In this document: in pieces, positions 1-11,250 of the stretch
Layout: every line of letters starts with the position of its first letter
Position numbering within the stretch: position 1 is the first letter of the stretch
Origin: Methanotrichaceae archaeon
GTDB taxonomy: Archaea; Halobacteriota; Methanosarcinia; Methanotrichales; Methanotrichaceae
Length of the DNA: 64,000 nt
Direction: 5' to 3'
Assembly: GCA_963748825.1 (NCBI GenBank)
Contig: CAVVKN010000013.1
Span: forward strand, 33,195 to 97,194
Position numbers and translations under genes: made by a program
The notes under the pieces: model-generated
What the model saw: only the letters and a program-made list of their open reading frames with translations
Database searches by the model: none
Told to the model about the DNA's origin: nothing

Positions 1-174
1 GTACTCTGCGATCTTTCCATTCTCCAGCCGGACATCCAGCTCCTTGACCTCAGCAATGCGAAGATCTCTCAGGCTTTTGGTGGCCCTGTCAACAACTGTC
101 TTAACTGCTTCTTCCCAGCTCGTGGTGGAAGTTCCGACCAGTTCTATTATTTTGTATACATCTCCGTCTGCCAT
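1..174 (-). CDS. Dodecin family flavin-binding protein (runs off the window edge)
   Basis: Manual translation from ATG at 174 gives MADGDVYKIIELVGTSTTSWEEAVKTVVDRATKSLRDLRIAEVKELDVRLENGKIAEY, matching the dodecin pattern VYKxIELVGTSxxSWE. It is not in the ORF track. Confidence 0.85.
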   Translation of the reverse strand, partial: MADGDVYKIIELVGTSTTSWEEAVKTVVDRATKSLRDLRIAEVKELDVRLENGKIAEY

Positions 175-293
175 ATATCTGTCACTCCTAAAATTCTAGA
201 TCATAGTAGGCGTTTCTCATTGATATATTTTCCTAAGAAGGACAGCAAAAACCTGAAATAATATCCAGCCACGCATGAGCCAGCAGCAAGGAG

Positions 294-1676
294 ATGCCGA
301 TTTTGACCAGGAGTATTAAAGATATGCCTGCGGGCCTAGCACAGGTTGTGGGAATCGATGATCTATCCGTTTATGTGCCCCGGCTCTTTCTTCCCCTGGC
401 GGGAGAGTTCTCCCTGGATCGAGGCATTGATCCTGGCAAGTTGATTAAGGGAATCGGCATCGAACGCATGGCAGTTCCCGATGCTCATGAGGATGCGGCC
501 ACCATGGCGGCCATGTCTCTTCTGGATCTGATGCGGCGAACTCGCCTTCGTCCGGAAGAGATCGGCAAAATCTATGTGGGAACGGAGTCGGCCCTGGACG
601 AGGCCAAGGCCATGGGAACCTACGTCATCGGCATGCTGGAGAAGATCTACGGAAAGGGCTCTTTTCAAGAATGCAGTACCGTTGAGTTTAAGGCAGCCTG
701 CATCGGCACAACCTTCGCCCTGGAGAGCCTCAGCTACTGGGCTGCTCAAGAAGAAGAAGGCAAAGTGGGCATTGTCATCGCCTCGGATGTAGCCAAGTAC
801 CCGCTTCGCTCATCCGGAGAGTACACGCAGGGTGCAGGCAGCGTGGCCCTGCTGGTAAAAAAGAATCCACGGTTGCTGGCCTTAGAGCAGATCTACGGCT
901 CCTTCACCAGGGACGAGAACGACTTCTTCCGGCCCATGGGCTGCACAACTGCAGTTGTAAACGGGAAGCACAGCAATCAATGCTATCTGGATGCCATGCG
1001 AGGAGCCTTTGATTCATTTGCCGCCCACGCCTTGCGAAAGGGGGCAATAGCGCCTGGCGAAGGCGAGTGCATCACCGATTACATAGATCATCTTCTCTTT
1101 CATATTCCCTATCCCAGAATGGTCGAATACGCTTCGGCTGCAATCTTCAGGCATGACTGGAGACAAAGCCGCAGATACAGCGAGATCGAGCAAGAGTTGG
1201 GAAGAGAGCCAGAGGCCCAGGAGTATGATGATATCGAGAAATATCAGGCTGCAGAGGCGGACTATGCCCGGCGCTTCGCAAAGTCAACGCAATTCTTGCA
1301 GGCATTTCAGGCCAAAGTCAGGGATACGGCCACGCTCTCCCGCCAGGTGGGAAACATCTATACCGGATCGATCTACCTGGGCCTGGCAAGCCTCTTGGAA
1401 ATGCAGAAGATACATGCTGGAGAAAGACTATGCTTCGGAGCCTACGGCAGCGGATGCTCGGCCCTCTTCTTCTCGGCAATCGTGCAGCAGCAGGCCGGAT
1501 CTGTGCCCTTGAGGGGTCTGGTGCAGGGGCTGCAAGAGAGAAGGCAGATATCTTTGCTGGATTATGAGTCGCTTCACGAAGGGAAGAAGGAAGAGAGCAT
1601 TGTCATGCCTTGCAAAGAGTTTGCCCTGGCCAAGATAGATCACCAAGGATACAGGCATTATGAATATGTCGAATAG
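294..1676 (+). CDS. Hydroxymethylglutaryl-CoA synthase (mevalonate pathway)
   Basis: Motifs EDAATMA, VGTES (catalytic Glu), AACIG (catalytic Cys), EYTQGAG, FHIPY, GNIYTGS and YGSG. The true start may be the ATG at 324. Confidence 0.9.
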   Translation: MPILTRSIKDMPAGLAQVVGIDDLSVYVPRLFLPLAGEFSLDRGIDPGKLIKGIGIERMAVPDAHEDAATMAAMSLLDLMRRTRLRPEEIGKIYVGTESALDEAKAMGTYVIGMLEKIYGKGSFQECSTVEFKAACIGTTFALESLSYWAAQEEEGKVGIVIASDVAKYPLRSSGEYTQGAGSVALLVKKNPRLLALEQIYGSFTRDENDFFRPMGCTTAVVNGKHSNQCYLDAMRGAFDSFAAHALRKGAIAPGEGECITDYIDHLLFHIPYPRMVEYASAAIFRHDWRQSRRYSEIEQELGREPEAQEYDDIEKYQAAEADYARRFAKSTQFLQAFQAKVRDTATLSRQVGNIYTGSIYLGLASLLEMQKIHAGERLCFGAYGSGCSALFFSAIVQQQAGSVPLRGLVQGLQERRQISLLDYESLHEGKKEESIVMPCKEFALAKIDHQGYRHYEYVE

Positions 1677-1969
1677 TATTATCAACAACATATCCAAAAA
1701 AATTTTTAATTCCATGTGATTTTCTTTTATATATCATTGAAATATAACGATATCAGGACTGTCGATCCTCATGTCCATATATTTTGAGTTTAGCCTGCCA
1801 GTCTTATACCGCAAAGTATATAATCATTATAGTTTATGTCGTCATCTGCCGTAGAGTGGGCGGCGTTCAGTGTCTTGGAAGAGAGCTGCATGTATGATTG
1901 AGCCTTGGTTATCTTTCCAAGAATGAAGTATGAAGAATGAATGGAAAATGCACATCCAGGAGAGGTTAT

Positions 1970-2354
1970 ATGAAGTATTTGAGAGCAAATTTTAAATGTA
2001 GCAATTGCAGCCATTTTGATTGCCTTGATAGCACCTGTTCTTGCAGAATCACCGTCGGACGCAGTAAGCTCTAATCGAGAGATAGTCAATGAATCGGTCA
2101 ACAGGACCATAATAAATCCAATGGACCCGGGATATGTTTGGGGCAACCCGCTTGCCATCGATCTAACCAGCTTGAATCCAGGAATTTTTGAGAGCCCCGC
2201 ATTCAAAATGACACCAGGTGGCTTGATGTCTGACATGTTCACTACGAGCATCAATGACTTCAGGAACGCTGACCCGAAAGCAGGTGCCAGCAATGCCACC
2301 AGGAAAGCGGCAAAGGTGGGACTGGTTCATAGGCTCAGTAATAGTAGCCCGTAG
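1970..2354 (+). CDS. Small secreted hypothetical protein with an apparent +1 frameshift near codon 4
   Basis: ATG 1970 follows GGAGAGG and reads MKYL. Removing one base joins it to EQILNVAIAAILIALIAPVLAES (signal-peptide-like) in the frame of ORF 2016..2354. Confidence 0.45.
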
Positions 2355-2602
2355 GCCTATGCAGCTTTCATGATAAGGAATGAGAGCTTTCCGCTGTTTC
2401 GGCTTGCTCTCGACCGGGCTGTTGAAGCCTGCATTGATGAAATCGAAGCATGCCGGAATACCTTGACGGACGGAGCCTGTGTAATAGATTTTCGATTTTC
2501 GAAAAGGGGCCGAATGGTGCAATGACGTGATGGTCAAGCCCCGATGCTTCCCTTTACTCTTAATTCAAACCAACGAGAATCCTTTTTAGCTTTACCCGGT
2601 AT

Positions 2603-3436
2603 TTGCAGGTCCCTGTGATAAATCCAAGAATATATGGCAGCTCCCCCTTTTCCGTGGCCGTCATCCACGGAGGCCCGGGGGCCGGAGGCGAGATGGCCGA
2701 AGTGGCGCGGGAGCTATGCGCCGGCCGGGGTGTCTTGGAGCCGCTGCAGAGGGCTCATTCCCTGCCGGGCCAGGTCGAGGAGCTGAGAGGGCTCTTGGAG
2801 GAGAGCGCACAGCTTCCCGCCACATTGATCGGCTTTTCCTGGGGTGCCTGGCTTAGTTTTATCCTGGCGGCCCGCTATCCGGCTATGGTCAAGAGGCTGG
2901 TGATGATTGGAAGCGGCCCATTCCAGGAGAAATACGCCCAGAGAATTATGCAGACGAGGCTCTCGCGCCTGAGCGAAGAGGAAGGACGCCAGGTGAGAAG
3001 CATCCTTGTCATCCTGAATGGCCAAAATAATGGCGACTGTGAGAAGAACAGGCTACTTGCCCGCATGGGCGAGCTCTTCTTAAGAGCTGATTCCTTTGAT
3101 CCTATCGATGATATAAAGCCCAATGAATGCAAATCGATGGAATCGGATTATTCAATTATACCGTGCCATGCGGACATCTATCAATCTGTCTGGAAGGAGG
3201 CATCGCATTTGAGGCAGACAGGAGAGCTGCTTCAGCTCGGAGAAAAAATCCTCTGCCCGGTCGTTGCCATCCACGGGGATTGGGACCCGCATCCTGCGAA
3301 AGGCGTCAGCGAGCCTCTGCAGGCCACTCTGAAGCGCTTTCAGTTCATTCTGCTGGAGAATTGTGGGCACAAGCCCTGGATAGAGAGAAGGGCAAAGGAC
3401 AAATTTTATTCCATTTTAAAAGAGCTGCTCGATTGA
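2603..3436 (+). CDS. Alpha/beta fold hydrolase
   Basis: HGGPG oxyanion motif, GFSWG nucleophile elbow, HGDWD acid, CGHKPW His. Confidence 0.85.
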   Translation: MQVPVINPRIYGSSPFSVAVIHGGPGAGGEMAEVARELCAGRGVLEPLQRAHSLPGQVEELRGLLEESAQLPATLIGFSWGAWLSFILAARYPAMVKRLVMIGSGPFQEKYAQRIMQTRLSRLSEEEGRQVRSILVILNGQNNGDCEKNRLLARMGELFLRADSFDPIDDIKPNECKSMESDYSIIPCHADIYQSVWKEASHLRQTGELLQLGEKILCPVVAIHGDWDPHPAKGVSEPLQATLKRFQFILLENCGHKPWIERRAKDKFYSILKELLD

Positions 3437-3499
3437 TGGACTGCTCGCCCCTGGCAGCCGGGCCTTCCTCTCCGGTGGCCCAGCTCATATCATCCCATA

Positions 3500-4513
3500 T
3501 CATTCCATGTCAAGACCTTCCCTCGTGCAGATTTCAAGCAGATAATCCTGCAGCGATCTCTTGTAACCCCTCCGGGCGGCCAGCCTCTGTATCTCCTTCA
3601 TGACACCGCTGCCGTATTGCATGGCCTTCTTTTCATATTGGGCAATTGCTGGCGGCATATGCCTTTCGGCAACAGCTCGCAGCGGTCTCTTGCGTACCCC
3701 ACCCTGTACCAGCATTTCCGGCGGAATAGCCCTGGCAGCTACTACTACCCGCAAGTCCATGTAGGGCAAGGAGAAGTATGCGCCATGCAGCCCGGCTACG
3801 GCCTGATCTCTGGCCAGCTGCTGGGGAAGTCCCAGGAAATCCTTCTCCAGATCCTCGGCTAAGGTCTCTGTATGCAAATAGCGAGAGTAGCCCCCAAAGA
3901 GCTCATCTGCCCCCTGTCCGGCCAGGATGCGCGCCTCGCCGTGCTGCCCTGCCCACTGGGAGACAAAATACAGTGTTGTGGCAATGGATGCATTTACCGG
4001 ATCTTTCTTGGGAATGACAGCCAGAACCTGGGCCAGGGCTTCCTCGATTGATGCCGGATCTATTATGACCTGGTGAAGTGTCAAGCCAAACTCCTCTGCT
4101 ACCTGCTTTGCATGCATGAGGTCATGTGAGCCGGCAATTCCCACCACAACGCACTCCCTGCCGGCCAGCCGGGCGACCAGTGCCGAGTCTACGCCTCCCG
4201 AGAGGGCTACAACGCCTTCATCGCTGCGAAGCTGCACCGCGATCCTTATGGCCTCATCCAGATCGATGAGCGGATAATTGGGGTCCACTCTTCCCAGCTC
4301 TTTGCCGCTGCAGACCACAGCCCCTGGTGGGCAGTCTCCAGGCATGATCCCGAAATGATCGCGCGCCTTGCAGCCATTCCATTCTAAAAAGAACTCGCCG
4401 CCAAATTTGGAGATCGCTGCCGGATTTTGCACGAGAATTGTCCTGGCATCACTCTCAGAAAGCCGCCTTCCCTCAAGCTCCATCCAGCCTTTTGCCTTTA
4501 GGGATAAATCCAT
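3500..4513 (-). CDS. Asparagine synthase-related protein (synthetase domain, reduced glutaminase domain)
   Basis: ALSGGVDS PP-loop, GQGADELFGGY, RKRPLR and KKAMQYGSG. ATG 4513 is preferred over TTG 4567. Confidence 0.8.
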   Translation of the reverse strand: MDLSLKAKGWMELEGRRLSESDARTILVQNPAAISKFGGEFFLEWNGCKARDHFGIMPGDCPPGAVVCSGKELGRVDPNYPLIDLDEAIRIAVQLRSDEGVVALSGGVDSALVARLAGRECVVVGIAGSHDLMHAKQVAEEFGLTLHQVIIDPASIEEALAQVLAVIPKKDPVNASIATTLYFVSQWAGQHGEARILAGQGADELFGGYSRYLHTETLAEDLEKDFLGLPQQLARDQAVAGLHGAYFSLPYMDLRVVVAARAIPPEMLVQGGVRKRPLRAVAERHMPPAIAQYEKKAMQYGSGVMKEIQRLAARRGYKRSLQDYLLEICTREGLDME

Positions 4514-4579
4514 AGATCTTGACACCTCGAATCCAACTGTGTTCAAGTTTTCCAATGAAACAATCAAGGTATGTTCGTC

Positions 4580-4832
4580 CGGCCAGCCTTGAGCAGCCTC
4601 TCGCCAAGCGATCCCAGGAACGCATCGCAGCCAAACACTGAGCGAGCCCCCGCTCGCATGGGTGCGGCCGCTCGCGCAAGCAGTTCAAGAGGCTGGCCAT
4701 GGGCAAAAACCTTCGGACTGCAAGATACTTACCTGAAGGCTTGGGGCCGCTCAGAGTTCGACAACTTCCAGATTCGCTCGCTCATGCGCGCGTGCGCTCG
4801 CGCTCAAGGCGCGGGTGAGCTGTGAGCCCAAG
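4580..4832. repeat. GC-rich structured intergenic element (two long stem domains, repeated CGCTCGC); MITE/REP-like or ncRNA
   Basis: GGCCAGCCT-TGAGC (4581-4594) pairs with GTTCA..AGGCTGGCC (4683-4698). Internal hairpin GCGAGC-CCCC-GCTCGC. CTTGGG..GCTCA (4740-4753) pairs with TGAGC..CCCAAG (4816-4832). Confidence 0.4.
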
Positions 4833-4989
4833 GTTAGCTTTGGCCTGCATGCGAACAGAAAACGTTTTAACGTGTTGAATTAAAGGCTTCCCTTCAGAGA
4901 AGGCTGCCCGAGCTAAGTGAAAATACAATGAAGCTCTGCAAATTTCGCCATCATATGTCTAATATTCGAATGAGAATTGGAGGCTGTCC

Positions 4990-5784
4990 GTGAAAAGCAT
5001 TGCATCAGATTGCCTGGAAAGAATGAGAAAAGAAAAGCCGCTCATACACCACCTGACAAATTGGGTGACTATTTACGACTGTGCCAATATCGTAAAGGTA
5101 TTTGGAGCCTCTCCGGTCATGGCTCATGCTAGAGAAGAGGTTGCTGAGATGGCAGGCATAGCTTCTGCCCTGGTTTTAAATATCGGAACGCTGACATCTG
5201 ATTTTGTCGATGCAATGATACTTGCCGGAAAAAGTGCCAACCAAAAGGGAATACCTGTCGTGCTTGATGTCTGCGGGGCTGGCGCCACAAAATTTCGCGA
5301 TGATAAATGCTTTGAGATCCTGGATAAGATAAGGGTGAGCATCATAAAAGGCAATTCTTCCGAGATCGCTCGCATAGCCGGAGAGAGCGTCCAGACCAGG
5401 GGCGTCGATGCCTCGACTGTTGAGAAGAACCTGCAGGATATAGCGCGAGGACTGGCCAAAGAAAGGAATTGCACAGTCGTTATCACCGGCAAAGAGGACA
5501 TCGTGGCCGACGAGAAAAGAGTGGTATTGGTGAAGAACGGCCACCCCATGATGGCAAATATTGTAGGCACGGGATGCATGGCCACCTCGGTAATAGGCAC
5601 CTTTGCCGCCGTGGAAAAGGACTGCGTTTTAGCTGCAGTTGCCGGTCTTGTCTGCTACGAGGTCGCTGCCGAGATAGCGGCCGCAAAGGCACAGGGGCCG
5701 GGCAGCTTCAAAGAAAGGTTTTTTGATGCCGCGTACAATCTTGATGCCGAAACGGTAGAACGGATGCAGAGGATCGAAGAGTGA
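4990..5784 (+). CDS. thiM: Hydroxyethylthiazole kinase
   Basis: PLIHHLTNWV, GASPVMA, LVLNIGTL, IKGNSSEI, GTGC. Confidence 0.93.
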   Translation: MKSIASDCLERMRKEKPLIHHLTNWVTIYDCANIVKVFGASPVMAHAREEVAEMAGIASALVLNIGTLTSDFVDAMILAGKSANQKGIPVVLDVCGAGATKFRDDKCFEILDKIRVSIIKGNSSEIARIAGESVQTRGVDASTVEKNLQDIARGLAKERNCTVVITGKEDIVADEKRVVLVKNGHPMMANIVGTGCMATSVIGTFAAVEKDCVLAAVAGLVCYEVAAEIAAAKAQGPGSFKERFFDAAYNLDAETVERMQRIEE

Positions 5785-6407
5785 AAGGATATTATTTCAT
5801 AACAGACAGCAAATTGAGCCGCGCCGGGAATGAGCGGGATGTGCTACAGGCTGTTTCATGTGGCGTGGAAGTTGTCCAGTACAGAAACAAGAATGCAGAA
5901 ACCCGGCAGATGTATGAGGAAGCTGTACGACTCAGGGAAATATGCCGGGACTCTGACTCTATTTTTCTCATCAACGATCGGGTAGACATTGCACTTGCAG
6001 CAGAGGCTGATGGCGTCCATCTGGGCCAATCCGATATGCCATGTCTTGCAGCCCGCACACTGCTCGGTCCCAAAAAGATAATCGGCGTCACTGTCCACAA
6101 TCTTGCCGAAGCCCTGCAGGCAGAAAGTATTGGGGCCAACTATCTGGGTGTCTCGCCCATCTTCCAGACGGCGACAAAACCTGATGCCGGAAAGCCAGCA
6201 GGCATTAGACTGATCGAAGAGATTCGAGCCCAGGTAGATCTTCCCCTTATAGCAATTGGCGGTATCAATCATTCCAATGCAGGCGAGGTCGTCAGAGCAG
6301 GAGCAGACGGCCTGTGCGCCATATCCTGCGTTGTTGCAAAAGAGAATGTAAGGGATGAGATCATAAAGTTTCAGGAAATATTTTCGGCACTGCGACGAGA
6401 GATCTAA
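5781..6407 (+). CDS. thiE: Thiamine-phosphate synthase
   Basis: VQYRNK, INDRVD, DGVHLGQSD, TATKPD, IAIGGI. GTGA overlap with thiM. Confidence 0.93.
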   Translation: MKGYYFITDSKLSRAGNERDVLQAVSCGVEVVQYRNKNAETRQMYEEAVRLREICRDSDSIFLINDRVDIALAAEADGVHLGQSDMPCLAARTLLGPKKIIGVTVHNLAEALQAESIGANYLGVSPIFQTATKPDAGKPAGIRLIEEIRAQVDLPLIAIGGINHSNAGEVVRAGADGLCAISCVVAKENVRDEIIKFQEIFSALRREI

Positions 6408-6837
6408 AGGACACTTATCGCTATTTATTCATGCCGTGGTCAGTTCCTTTTCATTTCAATCTCGCTTCACATTCTCTCGTTGATAATTGCGAGAATCGAA
6501 ATAATCTTCATCGTATATGAATTATATATTATTAAATATGTTAAAGATCGGCTTAGAGAAAATTCACTATCTCTCGCAGGGAAAAATATATATTATAACT
6601 CCTTTACACCAATTCACTGCGAGTTTAAAATATAAAATGGTGATAACAAGGGCAGAGTTGAGTGGAGACACATAGTGGCCCATTGGGGATAATTTGGTTC
6701 TGGGTTCGGCCAAGATAAAGGAATTTAAGATTGCTTTGTTTAGTGTCCTGCAAAATCGAGGAACTGCGGATCGGGATATATTAAATATAATATGTTGATA
6801 GATAAATCCACATAATCGGCGTGGTAGCCTCAAATTT

Positions 6838-7842
6838 ATGAATTACAGCATTTTAGATCCAAAAGGACAATCCAATAAGACACATATAGAGATGCTTGTC
6901 TCCTCAATTCCCATCCCATATTATCTGGGATGGCCTCTCGTGTCGTTTGCTCTTTTATTGATTTCAACTCTAATTTTGATGCTATTTGAAAAAACATTTC
7001 AACATATAGAAGCGTTCTTGATCATTTCAGTCATAATTGCCTTAGAGGGCACGATTATCAGTTGGGCGCACAATAAAATAGAATCGTTTGAGGATATTCT
7101 CATTAGCGTAGTTGACCTGCCGAAGGAAGCTATAGTTGAAACCTGCCGGAAACAGGAGGCAGACATATTCAACGACAAAGAAATGATTCTTTTTGCAATA
7201 ATTTTTATTCTTTTTGTTCATATTACTGGCATCGATTACCATGCAGTGTCATTCGATTCCAGTATTTCGTTTTTTATTTTTAAATTTACATATTATTTAG
7301 CAGTTTATCTGGAAGGAGCTGGCTTATATATTTTGATTATGACGGCATTCGCCGTGCATAAAATTGGGGTCTTGCCACTGCGTATTGATGCTTTGTATTC
7401 AGACTTTCACGCTATCGGGCTGCTATATTCGAAGTTCACAATATGCGCAGCAAGCGTCTACGTTATATGGGGCTTTTTCCATATCATCGTACCCCCTCAG
7501 TTTTCATCCTTGCAGATGATATTATGGTTTCTTAGCTTTGCGTTCTTGCTTTTCGCCTACTTCATCCTGCCCCAGTATAGCATACACAGGATGATGATCT
7601 CAACTAAAAAAGAAAAAATTGAACGGTTCTCATCTCAACTGAGGGCGGCTATGGATGGTTCCTTCGAGGTTCCAACTGACCAGAATATATTGCACTTAAA
7701 AGATATTTTTATTGTTCAGGACAAGTTAAATCAGATGTGCGAATGGCCTTTTGGCACCAATGAGTTATTATATATAACTTTAATAATTATTATTCCATTT
7801 GTTATTGTCCTATTGGAGATCGCATTAGGGATTATAGAGTAG
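6838..7842 (+). CDS. AT-rich multi-pass membrane protein of unknown function
   Basis: 334-aa ORF with about 7 hydrophobic segments and a C-terminal WPF motif, visibly AT-richer than its flanks. Confidence 0.7.
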   Translation: MNYSILDPKGQSNKTHIEMLVSSIPIPYYLGWPLVSFALLLISTLILMLFEKTFQHIEAFLIISVIIALEGTIISWAHNKIESFEDILISVVDLPKEAIVETCRKQEADIFNDKEMILFAIIFILFVHITGIDYHAVSFDSSISFFIFKFTYYLAVYLEGAGLYILIMTAFAVHKIGVLPLRIDALYSDFHAIGLLYSKFTICAASVYVIWGFFHIIVPPQFSSLQMILWFLSFAFLLFAYFILPQYSIHRMMISTKKEKIERFSSQLRAAMDGSFEVPTDQNILHLKDIFIVQDKLNQMCEWPFGTNELLYITLIIIIPFVIVLLEIALGIIE

Positions 7843-7888
7843 AGTCTTCATATGATCCTTTGATAAAAATACTTATTAGAGGCATCAA

Positions 7889-10800
7889 TCAATCGAGAAA
7901 AGCACGCTCTAAGGTTACTTTGAGATCCCCGAGATTGATTGGCTTGCATAGATAATCGTCCATGCCTGCCTCAAGACATTTTTCCCTATCGCCTGCAATG
8001 GCGTGTGCCGTCAAAGCCACAATTTTAGGACCGCCTAGTGGCCATCGTCTGCGGATCTCTCTGGTGGCCTGCAGGCCGTCCATCTCAGGCATCTGCACGT
8101 CCATCAGGATCAGGTCGTAGGATTTACTCTCCAGTGCCAAGAGAACCTCAAGGCCGTTTGCCACTTTATCGGCGTTATATCCAAGTTTTTTAAGCATGAG
8201 AATGGCCATCCTTTGGTTGACCATATTGTCCTCGGCCAGGAGAATGGATAGTTCCCTGGTTTGCTTCGGATGATCTTGATGCATGAAGACCGGCAATGCC
8301 TTATTAACCGGAATGGTTGATTTTTTGGCCTGGATGGTGAAGTAAAATGTGCTTCCCTTGCCTTCCACACTCTCGACCCAGATCCTTCCGCCCATGAGTT
8401 CAACCAGCCTCTTGCTTATGGCCAGACCAAGACCGGTTCCACCATATTTCCGGGAGGTTGATGCATCGGCCTGCGAGAATGGCTGGAAAAGCCTGTCCAA
8501 CGTTTCCTGAGATATGCCAATCCCGGTATCTCTTACTGAAAACTGTATCTCGTAGTTGTCATCGGCAAGTTTAGATGCCTTTGCCCTGACCTCTATCTCG
8601 CCTTTTTGTGTAAACTTCACAGCATTGGAGAGCAAGTTGACCAGAACCTGGCGAATCCTTGATTTATCACCGGCAATTACTTCGGATATATCGCCTTCTG
8701 CAGTATAATGAAGCTCTAAGCCTTTCTCCGAGGCAAGTGTTGAGATGAGTTTTAGTGCTTCCTCTATGCAAGAACTCAGTATAAATGGATGGCATTCCAA
8801 ATCGATCTTCCCACTCTCAATCCTGGAGAAGTCAAGAATGTCGTTGATGATGGAGAGTAGGGCCTTGCCACTGTTTTTGATGGTTTCGAGATATTCCTTT
8901 TGCTCCAAATTCAGGTCGGTCTCCAAAATTAGGCTGGTCATTCCTATGACAGCATTCATAGGTGTTCGGATCTCATGGCTCATATTTGCCAGAAACTCTG
9001 ATTTAGCCCTTGCCGCAGCCTCCGCAGCCTCTTTGGCAATCATCAGATCCTCTTCGATATGCTTTCGTTCGGTTATATCCAGAGCAGTCCCTACAACTGC
9101 TGGACTGGACTCATAAGAGGTCATTGATCCAAAGACCAGAATATTAACTAAATCACCTTTCTTGGTGATCCCTATGATCTCATAGTAAAGGGGCCCATTC
9201 TCACCGACGAGTTTGTCTTGAATACCATCTGCAATTTTTTCCAAGTCATCTGCAGACGCTATGTCTCTGGGGCCCATTTTAGAGATCATTTCCTCAACGC
9301 TATATCCAAACATCTCCGCAAACCTGGGATTGACGTACTTGAATTTCCAGTCCTGGACGATATATACTCCGACAAGAGACTTTTCCGCCAGTACCCGAAA
9401 CTTATTCTCTGATTCTTTCAAAGCCAGCTCGGTTCGTTTGCGTTCAGAGATATCCAGAAAGATTCCCCGGAGCCCCACAGTGCGCCCTTCTTTAACTATG
9501 GGTATCGAATAAGCAATAGCCGGAAAAGTGCTGCCATCCTTCTTTTTCAGCCGGTATTCTCTTGCCTGTGCATTTCCCTGCATTGCCAGATTGATGTCCT
9601 GGCTCACCCTTTCTTTATCCTCCTCAGCCACAATCTGGAGTATGTTCAAGCCCGCCGCAAGATCATCGTGAGTATAGCCAAATACCTGGCTGCCAAAACG
9701 GTTGATAAATACTAAATTACCCAGAGCGTCCAGCTCAAATGTAGTCTGCGGCAACTGAAGGGAAAGCTCACGGTACTTTTGCTCGCTCTCTTTCAGCTCT
9801 TTCTCGGTTCCGGATTGCTGTCGGATGTTCAGAGCCGAGATGGTGACAAGTCCCAGGACTATGGAAAGAAGCATGGTAGCCAGTGCCAGGACCAGCGAAT
9901 TATACCTCTCAAAAATGGAAGGCTGAAAATCGATCACCTCGCTTCCCTGGGGCAGGGACTGCTCGGAAATGCCGAAGCGCTCCAATTGCTCCCGATCAAA
10001 TTGCGGTATCGCGGAAAGATTTTGCATTATAGGAGTTTTTTCTCCAGTTAAAACCTTAGCAGCAAGAACGGCTGCATTCTCCCCTAAAACTCGCCCGGAT
10101 GCAAGTTTGCCTCCCACAATGCCGTGCCCTAGCTGAAAATCCCAAAGGCCGTAGACAGGCACCCGGCTGTGAGAACTGATCATAGTGGTGGCCTCAGTGG
10201 AGTTTATTGTTATGCCACTTCCATTCCAGTTAAAAAGGCCGGAGAGAACAAGACTGCTGTTGTCAAGAGCCTCCAATGAAATGAGCAACTGGCTCATATT
10301 GCCATCCTGCGAAACCCGTCGCACCGACAAGCTCAATCCGTCCGTTAGAGAAGGGCTTAATTCGTCCAGCTCATCTCGCAATGAATCCCCTATTTCTGTG
10401 TCATCCAGCACCACAAGAACCTGTTTAGTATGCGGATGAAGTTGTAGCATTGTCTGCAGCGTGCCGGCTATCTCTGTCTTTTGTACTGTGCCGGTGATCT
10501 TCTCCTGGCTGAGGTTCATCGAATTGGTATCGATTTTCGTCCCAGAAAAGATGATAAATGCTTCTGGAAAGAGCTCTTCTCGGTTTTCAATGGCAAAGGC
10601 CATCGCCGGGCTATCGAAAACAACGACCTGATCCAAATTTTTTTTCGAATATTTATAGCGATAGAGATCGAGAAGGTATCTCTGGTATTCCTTCTCAGGA
10701 TATTGCATGCAGTCCATGTACTCGATCATGGGATCAGGAGAACCTGGAACTTCTCTGTGGTAGACCTGCATGAAGCCCTCCATCTCATCATGCACCCAGG

Positions 10801-10951
10801 GATGGTCCTTTGAGTAGGAGTTAAGGATAAGAATCTGGGGCCGACCATCCTCAGCTTCCGCTGATATAGTCCCAAGATCTGCCAGGATCAGCAGGCATAG
10901 GGCTAAGCAAAGGCCTACGGATGGCCCTCTGTGATATTTGCAAGCCGGCAT
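7889..10951 (-). CDS. Hybrid sensor histidine kinase/response regulator (extracellular substrate-binding-like sensor, 2 PAS, HisKA, HATPase, REC)
   Basis: Signal peptide, ILILNSY sensor start, TM helix, PAS repeats, [15 protein letters not shown]-box, [30 protein letters not shown] receiver. Confidence 0.92.
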   Translation of the reverse strand: MPACKYHRGPSVGLCLALCLLILADLGTISAEAEDGRPQILILNSYSKDHPWVHDEMEGFMQVYHREVPGSPDPMIEYMDCMQYPEKEYQRYLLDLYRYKYSKKNLDQVVVFDSPAMAFAIENREELFPEAFIIFSGTKIDTNSMNLSQEKITGTVQKTEIAGTLQTMLQLHPHTKQVLVVLDDTEIGDSLRDELDELSPSLTDGLSLSVRRVSQDGNMSQLLISLEALDNSSLVLSGLFNWNGSGITINSTEATTMISSHSRVPVYGLWDFQLGHGIVGGKLASGRVLGENAAVLAAKVLTGEKTPIMQNLSAIPQFDREQLERFGISEQSLPQGSEVIDFQPSIFERYNSLVLALATMLLSIVLGLVTISALNIRQQSGTEKELKESEQKYRELSLQLPQTTFELDALGNLVFINRFGSQVFGYTHDDLAAGLNILQIVAEEDKERVSQDINLAMQGNAQAREYRLKKKDGSTFPAIAYSIPIVKEGRTVGLRGIFLDISERKRTELALKESENKFRVLAEKSLVGVYIVQDWKFKYVNPRFAEMFGYSVEEMISKMGPRDIASADDLEKIADGIQDKLVGENGPLYYEIIGITKKGDLVNILVFGSMTSYESSPAVVGTALDITERKHIEEDLMIAKEAAEAAARAKSEFLANMSHEIRTPMNAVIGMTSLILETDLNLEQKEYLETIKNSGKALLSIINDILDFSRIESGKIDLECHPFILSSCIEEALKLISTLASEKGLELHYTAEGDISEVIAGDKSRIRQVLVNLLSNAVKFTQKGEIEVRAKASKLADDNYEIQFSVRDTGIGISQETLDRLFQPFSQADASTSRKYGGTGLGLAISKRLVELMGGRIWVESVEGKGSTFYFTIQAKKSTIPVNKALPVFMHQDHPKQTRELSILLAEDNMVNQRMAILMLKKLGYNADKVANGLEVLLALESKSYDLILMDVQMPEMDGLQATREIRRRWPLGGPKIVALTAHAIAGDREKCLEAGMDDYLCKPINLGDLKVTLERAFLD

Positions 10952-11250
10952 TTATTGCACCCCCCAAATTCCTGCTGTGTGTGTGGCTATCGTGATTTCT
11001 CCTCTCGGGCAGAAGGCAAAAGGCCCTTAAATTAAATTGGTCTAACTATAAAAGACTCTCTTTAAGGGACGAGAAATCATAATCAACCATCTGAATAGCA
11101 AGAGAAATCGAGTGTATCTTTCGGAAGGCCGCTTCTTTCACAAGGATGCATCTGCAGCAGCAGACATTGCGACGGACAATCGCATCTTGACGCAGCAAAA
11201 AATAATAATACCAGTATGTCCGCATCATGCTTGGTGATCTTTTCTTGAGC

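Noticed and set aside
2352-2525. TAG readthrough (pyrrolysine) extending ORF 2016..2354
   Set aside because: The frame stays open for about 56 codons, but no domain is recognisable, there are no pyl genes in the window, and no conserved gene is split by TAG.
4580-4989. TPP riboswitch upstream of thiM
   Set aside because: The conserved CTGAGA and ACCTGAT..TAAT..GCG..GG elements are not present in the right order. The region is kept only as an unclassified structured element.
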